From NCBI GenBank assembly GCA_963666425.2, contig OY762825.2, forward strand, positions 64,001 to 128,000: DNA of 64,000 bases, read 5' to 3'. The position numbers and the translations under genes were made by a program. The notes under the pieces were generated by a model, which saw only the letters and a program-made list of their open reading frames with translations, did no database searches and was not told the origin of the DNA. Below, one piece after another: positions 1 through 9,056 of the stretch. Source of the DNA: Bacillota bacterium. GTDB lineage: Bacteria > Bacillota > JAAYKD01. Position 1 is the stretch's first letter. Each line of letters opens with the position of its first letter.

Positions 1-96
1 CTGGCTTGATTATTCTTTTATTTGGTGATGTATCTTATATCCCAGGTCAGTTTACTGCTATTGATAAGCCTGCTCCGCCTTTTGAAAATGTTCAAA

Positions 97-1059
97 CTAT
101 TTAGTTACATCGTTCGCAGTGGCGGCCATTTCCGTTGGCAGTGTCAGCCCCAATTCAGTCATGACCGCCGAGTTGATGTATAGTTTACTTTCTTTGATCA
201 CTTCGTAAGGTAGGCTAGATGCTTTTGCCTCACCCTTTAGCACCTTTGCCGCCATCTTACCTGTCTGCTTACCAAGTTCAAGATAATCAAGCCCCTCTGC
301 TGCAGCACAGCCGGATTTAACCTGTTCAATTTCACTGCCGAATACCGGGATTTTTTTCTCTTTTGCCGCTTCCAGGATCACGGGAAGGGAGCCAACAACC
401 GTATTATCCGTCAAGTTCGAAATACAATCAACCTTGCTGAGCAAATTTCCAATTGCAAGCGGGATATCTGACGCAGTGCTGATCCCGCTGTCTATGATTT
501 CAAAGCCATATTTCTCAGCAAGTTGTTTGTAAATTTTAATGGCAGATTCGGAATTGACTTCGCTTGTGGTATAGAGGATACCGATTTTCTTTGCTTCCGG
601 CATTATTGCACGAATGAGCTTTAATTGCGCTTCCACCGGGAGCATATCGCTGGTTCCTGTGATGTTGCCTTTATCGAGTTGTGCGGCGATCGGATCGGTT
701 ACCGCGGTAAAAATGACCGGTATGTTCTTGCTTTCTGCTGCGTTGTATGCTGCCTGTGCCATTGGTGTCGCAATTGCACAGATCAAGTCAACCTTTTTTG
801 AAATGAAGGCTTGGGCGATCAGGTTGGAGGTTCCACCGTCAAAGTTTGCATCTTGATAATCTACCGTTAAGTTTTTGCCTTCTATAATGCCCGCTCCTGC
901 TAAACCTGCCAGAAAGCCCACGCGACAGTTATCTAGTGATGGGTGCGGACCAAACTGTCCGATTCCGATTCTATACTCGGTTTTTACCTGGTTGTTGCAA
1001 CCCGACATAACGCTAAGTACTAATATTGTTACACATATCATTGCTAAGAACTTTTTCAT
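97..1059 (-). CDS. ABC transporter substrate-binding lipoprotein (ABC_sub_bind family), probably for tryptophan
   Basis: Lipobox-like MSGC; HPSLD, IATP, FTAVTDP and TDNTV motifs; preceded by a T-box with a UGG specifier. Confidence 0.85.
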   Translation of the reverse strand: MKKFLAMICVTILVLSVMSGCNNQVKTEYRIGIGQFGPHPSLDNCRVGFLAGLAGAGIIEGKNLTVDYQDANFDGGTSNLIAQAFISKKVDLICAIATPMAQAAYNAAESKNIPVIFTAVTDPIAAQLDKGNITGTSDMLPVEAQLKLIRAIMPEAKKIGILYTTSEVNSESAIKIYKQLAEKYGFEIIDSGISTASDIPLAIGNLLSKVDCISNLTDNTVVGSLPVILEAAKEKKIPVFGSEIEQVKSGCAAAEGLDYLELGKQTGKMAAKVLKGEAKASSLPYEVIKESKLYINSAVMTELGLTLPTEMAATANDVTK

Positions 1060-1152
1060 TTTTCATTACCTCTTTCATAATTTAGTTTGATCTGCAACTA
1101 TTTTCACAATTCCACCAGCCATCAATCATAAAAGACCATCCCCTTTACACAT

Positions 1153-1425
1153 AAAAAAATCCCAAGTATCTTACAGAATAAGATACTTGGGACGAAATTT
1201 CAGCTTCGTGGTACCACCCAAATTGGTTTTTTACAAAACCCACTCAATACACATACAAACATATGTGCCTAATTGATAACGGGTTTGGTTCCCGTCAGCG
1301 CCTACTCTCATGATGATTTCAGGCTGCCCTCAAAAGTCCATTCACTGCTCCGCCATATGCCGCAATCCCACCAAATGCAGCTCTCTGAAATACGGTGTTG
1401 AACAGTTACTCTTCTTTATCGCCAG
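1153..1425 (-). promoter_or_regulatory. T-box riboswitch leader, Trp (UGG) specifier, with terminator
   Basis: Minus strand shows AGTA and AGAGA/GGTGGGA stem I motifs, GAA-TGG-A specifier loop (TGG at 1340-1338), T-box AATTTGGGTGGTACCACG, then hairpin TCCCAAGTATCTTA..TAAGATACTTGGGA plus a T run. Confidence 0.9.
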
Positions 1426-2093
1426 TTTTGTCAATTCAATTGCTCCGATGGTAGCATACAATTCTGTTGGTGTCAATATCTATTTTTTGCTTCGATATTG
1501 ATTGAACAGAGCTATCTTTGTTTTAATAAAAATAATTTCAAAAGGAAAGGAATCTTATTGCCAAGAGAGGAATTTAAAATAAAAAGAACGATATAATCAA
1601 ATTTTAAGGAATAGATACTAAATCAGACAAGAAGATAAACAAGCGAAGTAGCCATTATGCAATCATATAAGAGGATTTTCTGGGCTGAGATAGTTTCGAA
1701 CTAAAGTGATTGACTCAAAAAGCAATTAACTATTCCTCTCTTTGTGTTTATAAGAAAAATCAAATAAATCGAGGGGGATTCTAGTTGTAACATAAAAGTT
1801 TCTACTGTGCAAATTTTGATAAATAGGGAGTAATGAGATGGAGAATTGATATTTACGAATGTACCTATCCCAATCCACGCTTCTCTTGTGACCGAACAAA
1901 GAAAAAACAAAGATCTATATAAAAAATCATGAGATTTTTTGAAAAGTATTTTAGCATGGCTTGGATTTTTTGAAAAAAGGTGATTTGAATAAAATATCCT
2001 ATAGTTCTCTTCGAAAAAGAAAAAGGTTTTAAGGTTACGACAATACTCTTTCTTTCGGATGGTGGCTTTTCAGTTGTTGTTCCGTATCATAAT

Positions 2094-2867
2094 ATGGGAA
2101 AATGTATATTAATGAAAACACCTGTTGTATATAGAAGCCCAGAAACCGTCAAAGTGCCTCTAGACTCATTAATTCAAGAGTTTTACGCATCTCAGAGACC
2201 GAAGCTAAGCATCCATCATGATGGCTTCTGCCAGTTTTCATCAGATCTTCAGGGCTCAATTCGTTCAGGTAGAGATCCTGAAACAGGAGAACCTAAAGGA
2301 ATTGGTATATTTATTTCTCCATTGAATAAACCAATAACGACTGGACCAACATTTGGAATTAATTTATGGGGGTTAAATGATTTTAAGGCTTGGACTAATG
2401 TAAAAAAAGACGAAAGCCCGTTAAGGTTTCACGAGTACTATAGTCGTAAATCTGTTGCTACTACACATGATTCATATCTTATTGAAGGTTATCTTTTTCC
2501 TAAAAAAGAAGCAGGCCCCAATATTGTGATTTCAAATGGTAAATACTATTTGTCAGTTAGGCATAAAAATTTTGAAATTCCGGGGACTGTTTTCAGATAT
2601 TCTATTATTCCGGAGTTTAATAATGATTATTTAATTGGAATTATGGTTAGCAAATCTAAAGTGGGATTTAAAACAGAATCCGGCTTTTCGCTTGGAGGAC
2701 CTAGTCAAATTGTTGGATATGATAATATGGGACATCAAATTGGACATTCGCTAAATGCAATTTATCCCGTACCTGACACAGCATACTTACCTGAAATGAG
2801 TCTTGATTACGTGGCTAAAGAATGTCATGACGAGGTACTGAATGAAACTAAGTTGGAACCCCAATGA
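2094..2867 (+). CDS. Hypothetical protein in AT-rich island; frame is open upstream to 1989
   Basis: 257-aa ORF with no recognised family; in-frame extension of 35 codons with no stop back to ATA at 1989. Confidence 0.65.
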   Translation: MGKCILMKTPVVYRSPETVKVPLDSLIQEFYASQRPKLSIHHDGFCQFSSDLQGSIRSGRDPETGEPKGIGIFISPLNKPITTGPTFGINLWGLNDFKAWTNVKKDESPLRFHEYYSRKSVATTHDSYLIEGYLFPKKEAGPNIVISNGKYYLSVRHKNFEIPGTVFRYSIIPEFNNDYLIGIMVSKSKVGFKTESGFSLGGPSQIVGYDNMGHQIGHSLNAIYPVPDTAYLPEMSLDYVAKECHDEVLNETKLEPQ

Positions 2868-3083
2868 TACGAGGTGTTATCTCTCTTTTCTATAACACTT
2901 TTTCGGATTTTGCTTTAAAAAACAATAAATTACGTAAGTGATAGTTACAGATAAGTAATGTATGGTGGGAAATTTAACTTGCACTGCTATTTTCAACTTA
3001 TGGAGAAAAAATTAAACTTATTGCAATATTTGACATTTCACGGTATTATTAAAATTTAAATAAAAAAGAAAGGATTTGCTATA

Positions 3084-3740
3084 GTGGCACTAATTATTTG
3101 CCCTGAATGTGGAAAAGAAAATGTAAGCGATTCTGCACCTACTTGCCCTAAATGTGGTTTTGCTATTAGAGAACACTTTGAAAATATTGAAAAAATAAGG
3201 ATTGCAAATGATCAGGAAATCCAAAAAAGGAAGCAAACTGAGGAAAAAAGGCTTAAGGATATTGAAAATGTAAAACAACAAGAGCGGCGAAGAATGGCAA
3301 GTATTACCATTCCTGAAAAACCAAGATTTCCTAAAGCTGCTTTCATAACCGGAAACATTTTTCTTATTATGGGTGGTTATTTATTGTATGACAGTAGTTT
3401 TTTCACTTTACTTTTAATTATAATTGGCTTGGTAATTTTAAGATATGGATATTCTTTATACAGCAAAAAGCAATCAGAGTATAAACTTGCCTTATCAAAT
3501 TTTGAAGAATATCAAAAACAAAAAATCAAAGAACAAGATGAAGCAGAAGCACAATTAAAACAAAATGCTAAAAATCGAATGGAAGCTGCTAACAACGTAC
3601 CCAAATGCCCATACTGCCATTCTATAAACATAAAATTCATATCAATGATAAATCGTTTGATAAGTGTAGGAATGGTTGGCATTGCAAGTTCTAAAATCGG
3701 TAAAACAATGGAATGTAGAAATTGTGGATATAAATGGTAA
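3084..3740 (+). CDS. Membrane protein with N- and C-terminal zinc ribbons
   Basis: CPECG..CPKCG at the N-terminus, two hydrophobic helices, CPYC..CRNCGYKW at the C-terminus; GTG start after AAGGA. Confidence 0.8.
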   Translation: MALIICPECGKENVSDSAPTCPKCGFAIREHFENIEKIRIANDQEIQKRKQTEEKRLKDIENVKQQERRRMASITIPEKPRFPKAAFITGNIFLIMGGYLLYDSSFFTLLLIIIGLVILRYGYSLYSKKQSEYKLALSNFEEYQKQKIKEQDEAEAQLKQNAKNRMEAANNVPKCPYCHSINIKFISMINRLISVGMVGIASSKIGKTMECRNCGYKW

Positions 3741-3884
3741 GTAAGAAACGATTTAGATTTTGATTCATTGACGAAATATGGAGAACTCATGCAAATACCC
3801 CTATCCCCGTAGCATTTTCCGCTTTTCAATATAAACAACACTTAGCTGTGATCCACTGACCTAAATAATACGAGGAGGGACAAT

Positions 3885-4436
3885 ATGGGAAACAGAACTG
3901 GAACCTATGTCGCCTTCGACGGATTGGGCGAAACTGACCCTACCAAGTCCGACTTTAGATACTATGCAACAATTCAGGCATGGTGTGCGAATAGTAAAAT
4001 TGAATTTAACATTGTAAACAGTCACGAAAAAACATATGCTGTCCGTGATTCAAGTTCAAAGGCTACTCTTTATGCTCGAATTCAGGAGCGATTGCGAGCA
4101 TCAAAGAATATGCTTGTCATTCTTACAAAAGACACACGCTATACAGGTAGCGTGCTTTCGTATGAAATTGAGCAGGCAATAGATAACTATCAGATACCGT
4201 TGATTATTGCGTATCCCAGTTTTTCATCGATACTCAACGTGGATTCTCACAGCGATATATGGCCAAAATCTCTTGCTGATCGCATCAACAGAGACAGTAC
4301 AGAGGCTATACATATCGCTTTCAAGAAAGACTGTATTTTAGATGCTATCTCACAATTTTCAGTAAACGGCAAGCACCTAAGTAATGGGAAGAATTACTAC
4401 GGTCGAGAAGCATACATCCAATGGAGATTAATATAA
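3885..4436 (+). CDS. thsB: Thoeris ThsB-like TIR protein (MTH538/DUF1863 type)
   Basis: TYVAFD, SHEKT, RLRASKNMLVIL and YEIEQA (catalytic Glu); GGAGG RBS; adjacent to a TM-Macro gene. Confidence 0.85.
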   Translation: MGNRTGTYVAFDGLGETDPTKSDFRYYATIQAWCANSKIEFNIVNSHEKTYAVRDSSSKATLYARIQERLRASKNMLVILTKDTRYTGSVLSYEIEQAIDNYQIPLIIAYPSFSSILNVDSHSDIWPKSLADRINRDSTEAIHIAFKKDCILDAISQFSVNGKHLSNGKNYYGREAYIQWRLI

Positions 4437-4451
4437 TAGGGAGGATGCAAA

Positions 4452-5294
4452 ATGATGAGTAGCGTTAAGAAAATGATATCTTCACTTCCTAAAATCTTTA
4501 TTGACAGCTTAAAGGTTGCTTTCACGATACTTGGTGGGTTAAGTATTATTTTGAGTTTCACGGCGTTCTCACTTGATAGTGTGGGCAAACTGACTGCTCA
4601 AATTGGGGTGGTTATTTTTGTATACGTTATACTTGTTGTTGGAACGATGCGCGTGAAGCATAATCATACGAAAAACGGGATTACATTGAAAATACGCGGC
4701 ATAAAGGTCATTATTAAAGAGGGCGATATATTTACCGCTACTGGTTGGAAGCTGATCCCCTTCAATGAGCATTTCGACACTCAGGTGGACGATGTAATCA
4801 TTGCTCATAGCTCGCTTAACGGAAAATATATTGACTCTCTTTGCGATGATGATGTGAAAGCGCTAAATAGGGCTATTGCTGATGATAACAAAAGCCCTTT
4901 ACAGAGATATGATCCGTCCGATTGTGCAAAAATACGATATGAGTTGGGGACAATCAAGATCTTTCAAGAAGTTATGATGTTGGCCTTAACCCACTTCAAC
5001 GAGCAAAACGAGGCGCACACAAACCGAGCCGAATATGAACATACTCTTCGAAAGATGTGGAAAGAAATCCGCCGTACATACCAAGGAAAACCGATTAACA
5101 TTCCGCTAATCGGAGGTGGGTTAACACAACTCGACGATATGACGGAAAAGCCAAATGAGCAACTACTTAATTGTATTCTCTGTACTCTTCGAACGAGTAG
5201 CGTCACTTTTGACGAAAGTGTTCTTTTAACTATTATTCTTACGAAAAAGGCACTAGAAACGATAGACCTTTACGAATTAAAAGGAGAAAAATAA
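4452..5294 (+). CDS. thsA: Thoeris type II ThsA effector (two TM helices plus Macro domain)
   Basis: Two N-terminal TM segments, then GDIF, IPFNEHFDT, SLNGK and INIPLIGGG motifs of the ThsA macro domain. Confidence 0.85.
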   Translation: MMSSVKKMISSLPKIFIDSLKVAFTILGGLSIILSFTAFSLDSVGKLTAQIGVVIFVYVILVVGTMRVKHNHTKNGITLKIRGIKVIIKEGDIFTATGWKLIPFNEHFDTQVDDVIIAHSSLNGKYIDSLCDDDVKALNRAIADDNKSPLQRYDPSDCAKIRYELGTIKIFQEVMMLALTHFNEQNEAHTNRAEYEHTLRKMWKEIRRTYQGKPINIPLIGGGLTQLDDMTEKPNEQLLNCILCTLRTSSVTFDESVLLTIILTKKALETIDLYELKGEK

Positions 5295-5296
5295 TT

Positions 5297-5812
5297 ATGA
5301 CCTACAGAACAAGAACGTACATTGCGGCAGATTGGGACAATGACAAAGATGCAGTAGAAAAACTGCGTGAATGGAATGACGGTAAGAAATGGAGTTTATC
5401 GTTTACTGATGCCCACGACCTTACTCAGTCACGAGATGATAGCTTGAATTGTAGTATCAAAGCATCCCTTGCTTTAAGAATGGATGCTTCAAAGACATTT
5501 GTTTTGATTGTTAGCAATAATACGAAAAGCCGTAGAGCTGGAGAATGTACCTATTGCTCGAGTTTCAATAACGGCAAGTGTAAAACAGGGCATACTATCA
5601 ACAATGATAGTTTCATCGAATATGAGTGCAAAAAGGCAGTTCGTGACAGTGAAAATATCAAACTCGTTGTTCTATATAATGCTGCAACAGTGGATAAGAG
5701 TAAGTGTCCTGATGCTATTAAGGCTTACGGTACACATTCACCAATGCAAAAAATGGAAGATGGCAAACATTATTGGGATTATCAATCCGTTAAGACAGCA
5801 TTAGGGTTTTAA
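5297..5812 (+). CDS. thsB: Second ThsB-like TIR protein with a Cys-rich insertion
   Basis: RTRTYIAADW, FTDAHDL, SKTFVLIV and IEYEC motifs; C-x2-C-x7-C-x3-H insert. Confidence 0.8.
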   Translation: MTYRTRTYIAADWDNDKDAVEKLREWNDGKKWSLSFTDAHDLTQSRDDSLNCSIKASLALRMDASKTFVLIVSNNTKSRRAGECTYCSSFNNGKCKTGHTINNDSFIEYECKKAVRDSENIKLVVLYNAATVDKSKCPDAIKAYGTHSPMQKMEDGKHYWDYQSVKTALGF

Positions 5813-5961
5813 TAGGAGATGGCCCCTGGGGAGAAAGATGCAAAATTCTTTGCTTAAACATATAGAAAAGACTAAATTTTGTCAAAGAAATACAAAAAAC
5901 TAATTAGCAAATACCCTATTATTCGTAGTTTTTTTAATTTCGAAAACCCTAATTGTGGAGT

Positions 5962-6090
5962 GCGATTCTAAGAAACAGATTCTTGCTCTACTATTAAAGG
6001 ATTCGGATCTTCGCCTGCCGAAAGAAAAATTGTATTAATCTCTACCAAATCCATCGATTCTCGGTTTGGACTATGGTATTTCATGTGAAA
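5962..6090 (-). pseudogene. Degenerate remnant of the 5' part of the D-2-hydroxyacid dehydrogenase gene
   Basis: 6003-6026 is identical to 8884-8907 (24 bp), with collinear partial matches on both sides. Confidence 0.7.
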
Positions 6091-6134
6091 TATTCAGAGT
6101 TTTTTCAAAATAATGAATGGGAGGCATGCGTAAA

Positions 6135-7079
6135 ATGAGTGATTTATTCAAAGTAGCGAATCTTTCAGTTGAGCAGGGGAAGAAAATCCAAGGCTTTTTA
6201 AAAGTTTATAACAGTGAAGTAGAGATGCCAATTACCTTAATCAATGGTGCAAAACCAGGAAAAACTGTAGTAATTACCGGGGGAACCCACGGTGGTGAAT
6301 ATCCGGGTGTTGAAACGGCTATCCGGCTCGCATCCCAGTTGAATCCAGCGGAAATCAGCGGTAAAATCGCCATCGTTCATCCTGTCAATGTCAGAGCCTT
6401 TTTAGCCAAAACACAATATGTGGGCCCTGACGACGGGAAAAACCTCAACAGAATGTTCCCCGGAAATGCCACAGGTACTTTTACGGAACGAATCGCCTAT
6501 ACCATCACGACAGAACTCTTCTCCCAAGCTGATTTTTATATGGATTTGCATGGCGGAGATATTCATGAAGCACTGGTACCTTTTGTGATTTATTCGCTTG
6601 CAGGAAAGCCTGATGTTCAAAAAACATCAGAAGAAGCATCGGCCGCGATGGGAATCAAGTTTCTTGTCGGCTCCATGTCGGTCACCGGATCCTTTGGTTC
6701 GGCAGCTTCTTCGGGAATTCCGGGCTTTTTAGCGGAAATCGGGCAGTGTGGCTTATGGAACGAAGAAGAAGTTGGGATGTATCTTCGGGGAGTCAAAAAT
6801 GTCCTCAAGTACTTAGGAGTACTGCCGGGTAAACCGGAAAATTTGGGTTCCACCGTGATCCTGCCAAAGATGATTGGTTCTAACGCAGAACAAACCGGCT
6901 GTTGGTATCCAACCGTGAAACCGGGTGATTTGGTTGTGAAGGGGCAAAAGCTAGGGGAAATTCGTGATTATTTTGCGAATGTTCTCGGAGAGTATCTTGC
7001 TTCACAAGATGCGACCGTATTGTATGTTATCAGTTCGCTTGCGATCAATATCGGTGAACCGATTGTTGCGATCGGTTAG
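6135..7079 (+). CDS. Succinylglutamate desuccinylase/aspartoacylase family (M14-like) hydrolase
   Basis: HGGE, NLNRMFPG, DLHGG and a catalytic E(IG); start chosen after GGGAGG. Confidence 0.88.
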   Translation: MSDLFKVANLSVEQGKKIQGFLKVYNSEVEMPITLINGAKPGKTVVITGGTHGGEYPGVETAIRLASQLNPAEISGKIAIVHPVNVRAFLAKTQYVGPDDGKNLNRMFPGNATGTFTERIAYTITTELFSQADFYMDLHGGDIHEALVPFVIYSLAGKPDVQKTSEEASAAMGIKFLVGSMSVTGSFGSAASSGIPGFLAEIGQCGLWNEEEVGMYLRGVKNVLKYLGVLPGKPENLGSTVILPKMIGSNAEQTGCWYPTVKPGDLVVKGQKLGEIRDYFANVLGEYLASQDATVLYVISSLAINIGEPIVAIG

Positions 7080-7086
7080 GCTAGGG

Positions 7087-7756
7087 ACGCGGAACGGTCA
7101 AGACCGTTCCCTACCTTGCGTTATTTTGATTAATTAACAGGACGAATTAATTGAAAAGAATTAAGTGCGGAACGATTGAGAATGTTATGCAGTTGCGCGT
7201 AGGTAGGTTAACTCCGTACGAAAGAATGGCACGTTAAGTCGGAGAACGCGGAACGGTCAAGACCGTTCCCTACCTTGCGCATTGGTAAGGATTGAATAGG
7301 TTGAATCAATTAGTAAGAGTGAAGTACGGAACGGTTGAGAATGTTATGCAGTTGCGCGTAGGTAGGTTAACTCCGTACGAAAGAATGGCACGTTAAGTCG
7401 GAGAACGCGGAACGGTCAAGATCGTTCCCTACCTTGCGCATTGGTAAGGATTGAATAGGTTGAATCAATTAGTAAGAGTAAAGTACGGAACGATTGAGAA
7501 TGTTATGCAGTTGCGCGTAGTTAGGTTAACTCCGTAAGAAAGAATGGCACGTTAAGTCGGAGAACGCGGAACGGTCAAGATCGTTCCCTACCTTGCGCAT
7601 TGGTAAGGATTGAATAGGTTGAATCAATTAGTAAGAGTGAAGTACGGAACGGTTGAGAATGTTATGCAGATGCGCATAGTTAGGTTAACTCCGTAAGAAA
7701 GAATGCACGTTAATTTGGAGAACGCGGAACGGTCAAGACCGTTCCCTACCTTGCGC
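7087..7756. repeat. Tandem array of 159-bp units, each carrying a GTAG-type REP-like palindrome (5 palindromes)
   Basis: GGAACGGTCAAGA(C/T)CGTTCCCTAC starts at 7091, 7250, 7409, 7568 and 7726; intervening sequence is near-identical. Confidence 0.95.
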
Positions 7757-7795
7757 TTTTGTGATTCATTGATAAGTGTAGAGTGAGGATCAGTT

Positions 7796-7838
7796 AAAAA
7801 AGAGGCTGCAGCTATTGTTCATAGCTGCGGCCTCTTTC
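7796..7838. terminator. Intrinsic terminator between convergent genes
   Basis: AAAAAAGAGGCTGCAGCTAT..ATAGCTGCGGCCTCTTT hairpin. Confidence 0.7.
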
Positions 7839-8047
7839 ATATACGATTACGATGCAAGATTTTTCTGCATTTATCTAGTGAGAATTTATCCTAATTATAC
7901 GGTGCAAGGTTTTTTTGCGTTTATACGATGAAAATTTACCCTATTTTACAAGACGAGTTTTCTCTCTTCATAGGGTGCAAGGACTACAAATTCATCAAGA
8001 GTGTTAGTAATGCACCTTAACCCGCTCTGACGCGTTCTAATTCGCCC

Positions 8048-8986
8048 TTAATACCCCAACTTGTAATCCACCAAACCACGCAGAGGTTCTTTTTTTAGAT
8101 AATGCTCCACATTTTCCACAAAAATCGCGGCGGCACGTTCGGTGTAGTCTTCCATGTCACCGGCTACATGCGGGGTCAAAATTACATTGTCCAGCTGCCA
8201 CAGTGGGCTGGAGACCGGCAGCGGTTCCACCTGGAAGACGTCCAGAGCGGCGGAAGCAATGCGTTTATTTTGCAAGGCAACAATCAAGGCTTCTTCGTCC
8301 ACTACCGGACCACGGGCAATGTTGATCAGGGAAGCGGTTGGTTTCATGGCGGCAATCGCGGCGGCGCTGACTAAGCCGGTGGTTTCGGGGGTTAAGGGGC
8401 AGCAAACGGCCACATAATCGGAAGCGGCCATAAAGTCAGTCAAATGGTCATTGTGATAAATACGTTCCACATGTTCGGCTGCTTTGTTGCTGTTGCGCAA
8501 GCCAATCACATGCATACCCAAAGCGGCGGCTTTGTCGGCCAGCACCTGCCCAATGCCACCCAAGCCAATGATGCCGAGTGTTTTGTCTTTCAGCATCGAC
8601 TGACCAAACTTCTGCCATTTGCTGGCCCGTTGGTTTTCCAGCACATAGGGTAATTTACGGTTCAAGGCAAACATCATGGCCAAGACATATTCGGAGATGC
8701 AGTCGCCGTGCATGCCACGTACGTTGGTCAAGAGAATCTTACGTTGTTCCAGTTCCTCCAGCGGAACATTGTTGACCCCGGCACTGGAGACCTGCAGCCA
8801 TTTCAAATGGGGGGCAGCCTGCAGCGAAGCGGCGGTAAAGCGCGATTCCGAGAAACAAATTTCCGTATTTTTCAATAGAGGAATCGGATCTTCGCCTGCC
8901 GAAAGAATAGTCAGATCGATATCCCCTAAACTTTTTAATTTGTCGGTCTGGGCTTTGGTCATGGGATGGTATGAGAGAATCTTCAT
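8048..8986 (-). CDS. D-2-hydroxyacid dehydrogenase family protein
   Basis: GLGGIG Rossmann motif, NIARG, ALDVF, TPHVAG; ATG at 8986 follows AAGGAG. Confidence 0.92.
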   Translation of the reverse strand: MKILSYHPMTKAQTDKLKSLGDIDLTILSAGEDPIPLLKNTEICFSESRFTAASLQAAPHLKWLQVSSAGVNNVPLEELEQRKILLTNVRGMHGDCISEYVLAMMFALNRKLPYVLENQRASKWQKFGQSMLKDKTLGIIGLGGIGQVLADKAAALGMHVIGLRNSNKAAEHVERIYHNDHLTDFMAASDYVAVCCPLTPETTGLVSAAAIAAMKPTASLINIARGPVVDEEALIVALQNKRIASAALDVFQVEPLPVSSPLWQLDNVILTPHVAGDMEDYTERAAAIFVENVEHYLKKEPLRGLVDYKLGY

Positions 8987-9056
8987 GTTGAAAACTCCTT
9001 TCCGTTGTGTTGTCACTTATTTCGAGTTATGAAGTAAAAAATCCTTTAAGGAGGGC

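Noticed and set aside
7087-7756. CRISPR array
   Set aside because: The ~135-bp intervening segments are near-identical rather than unique spacers, and there are no cas genes in the window
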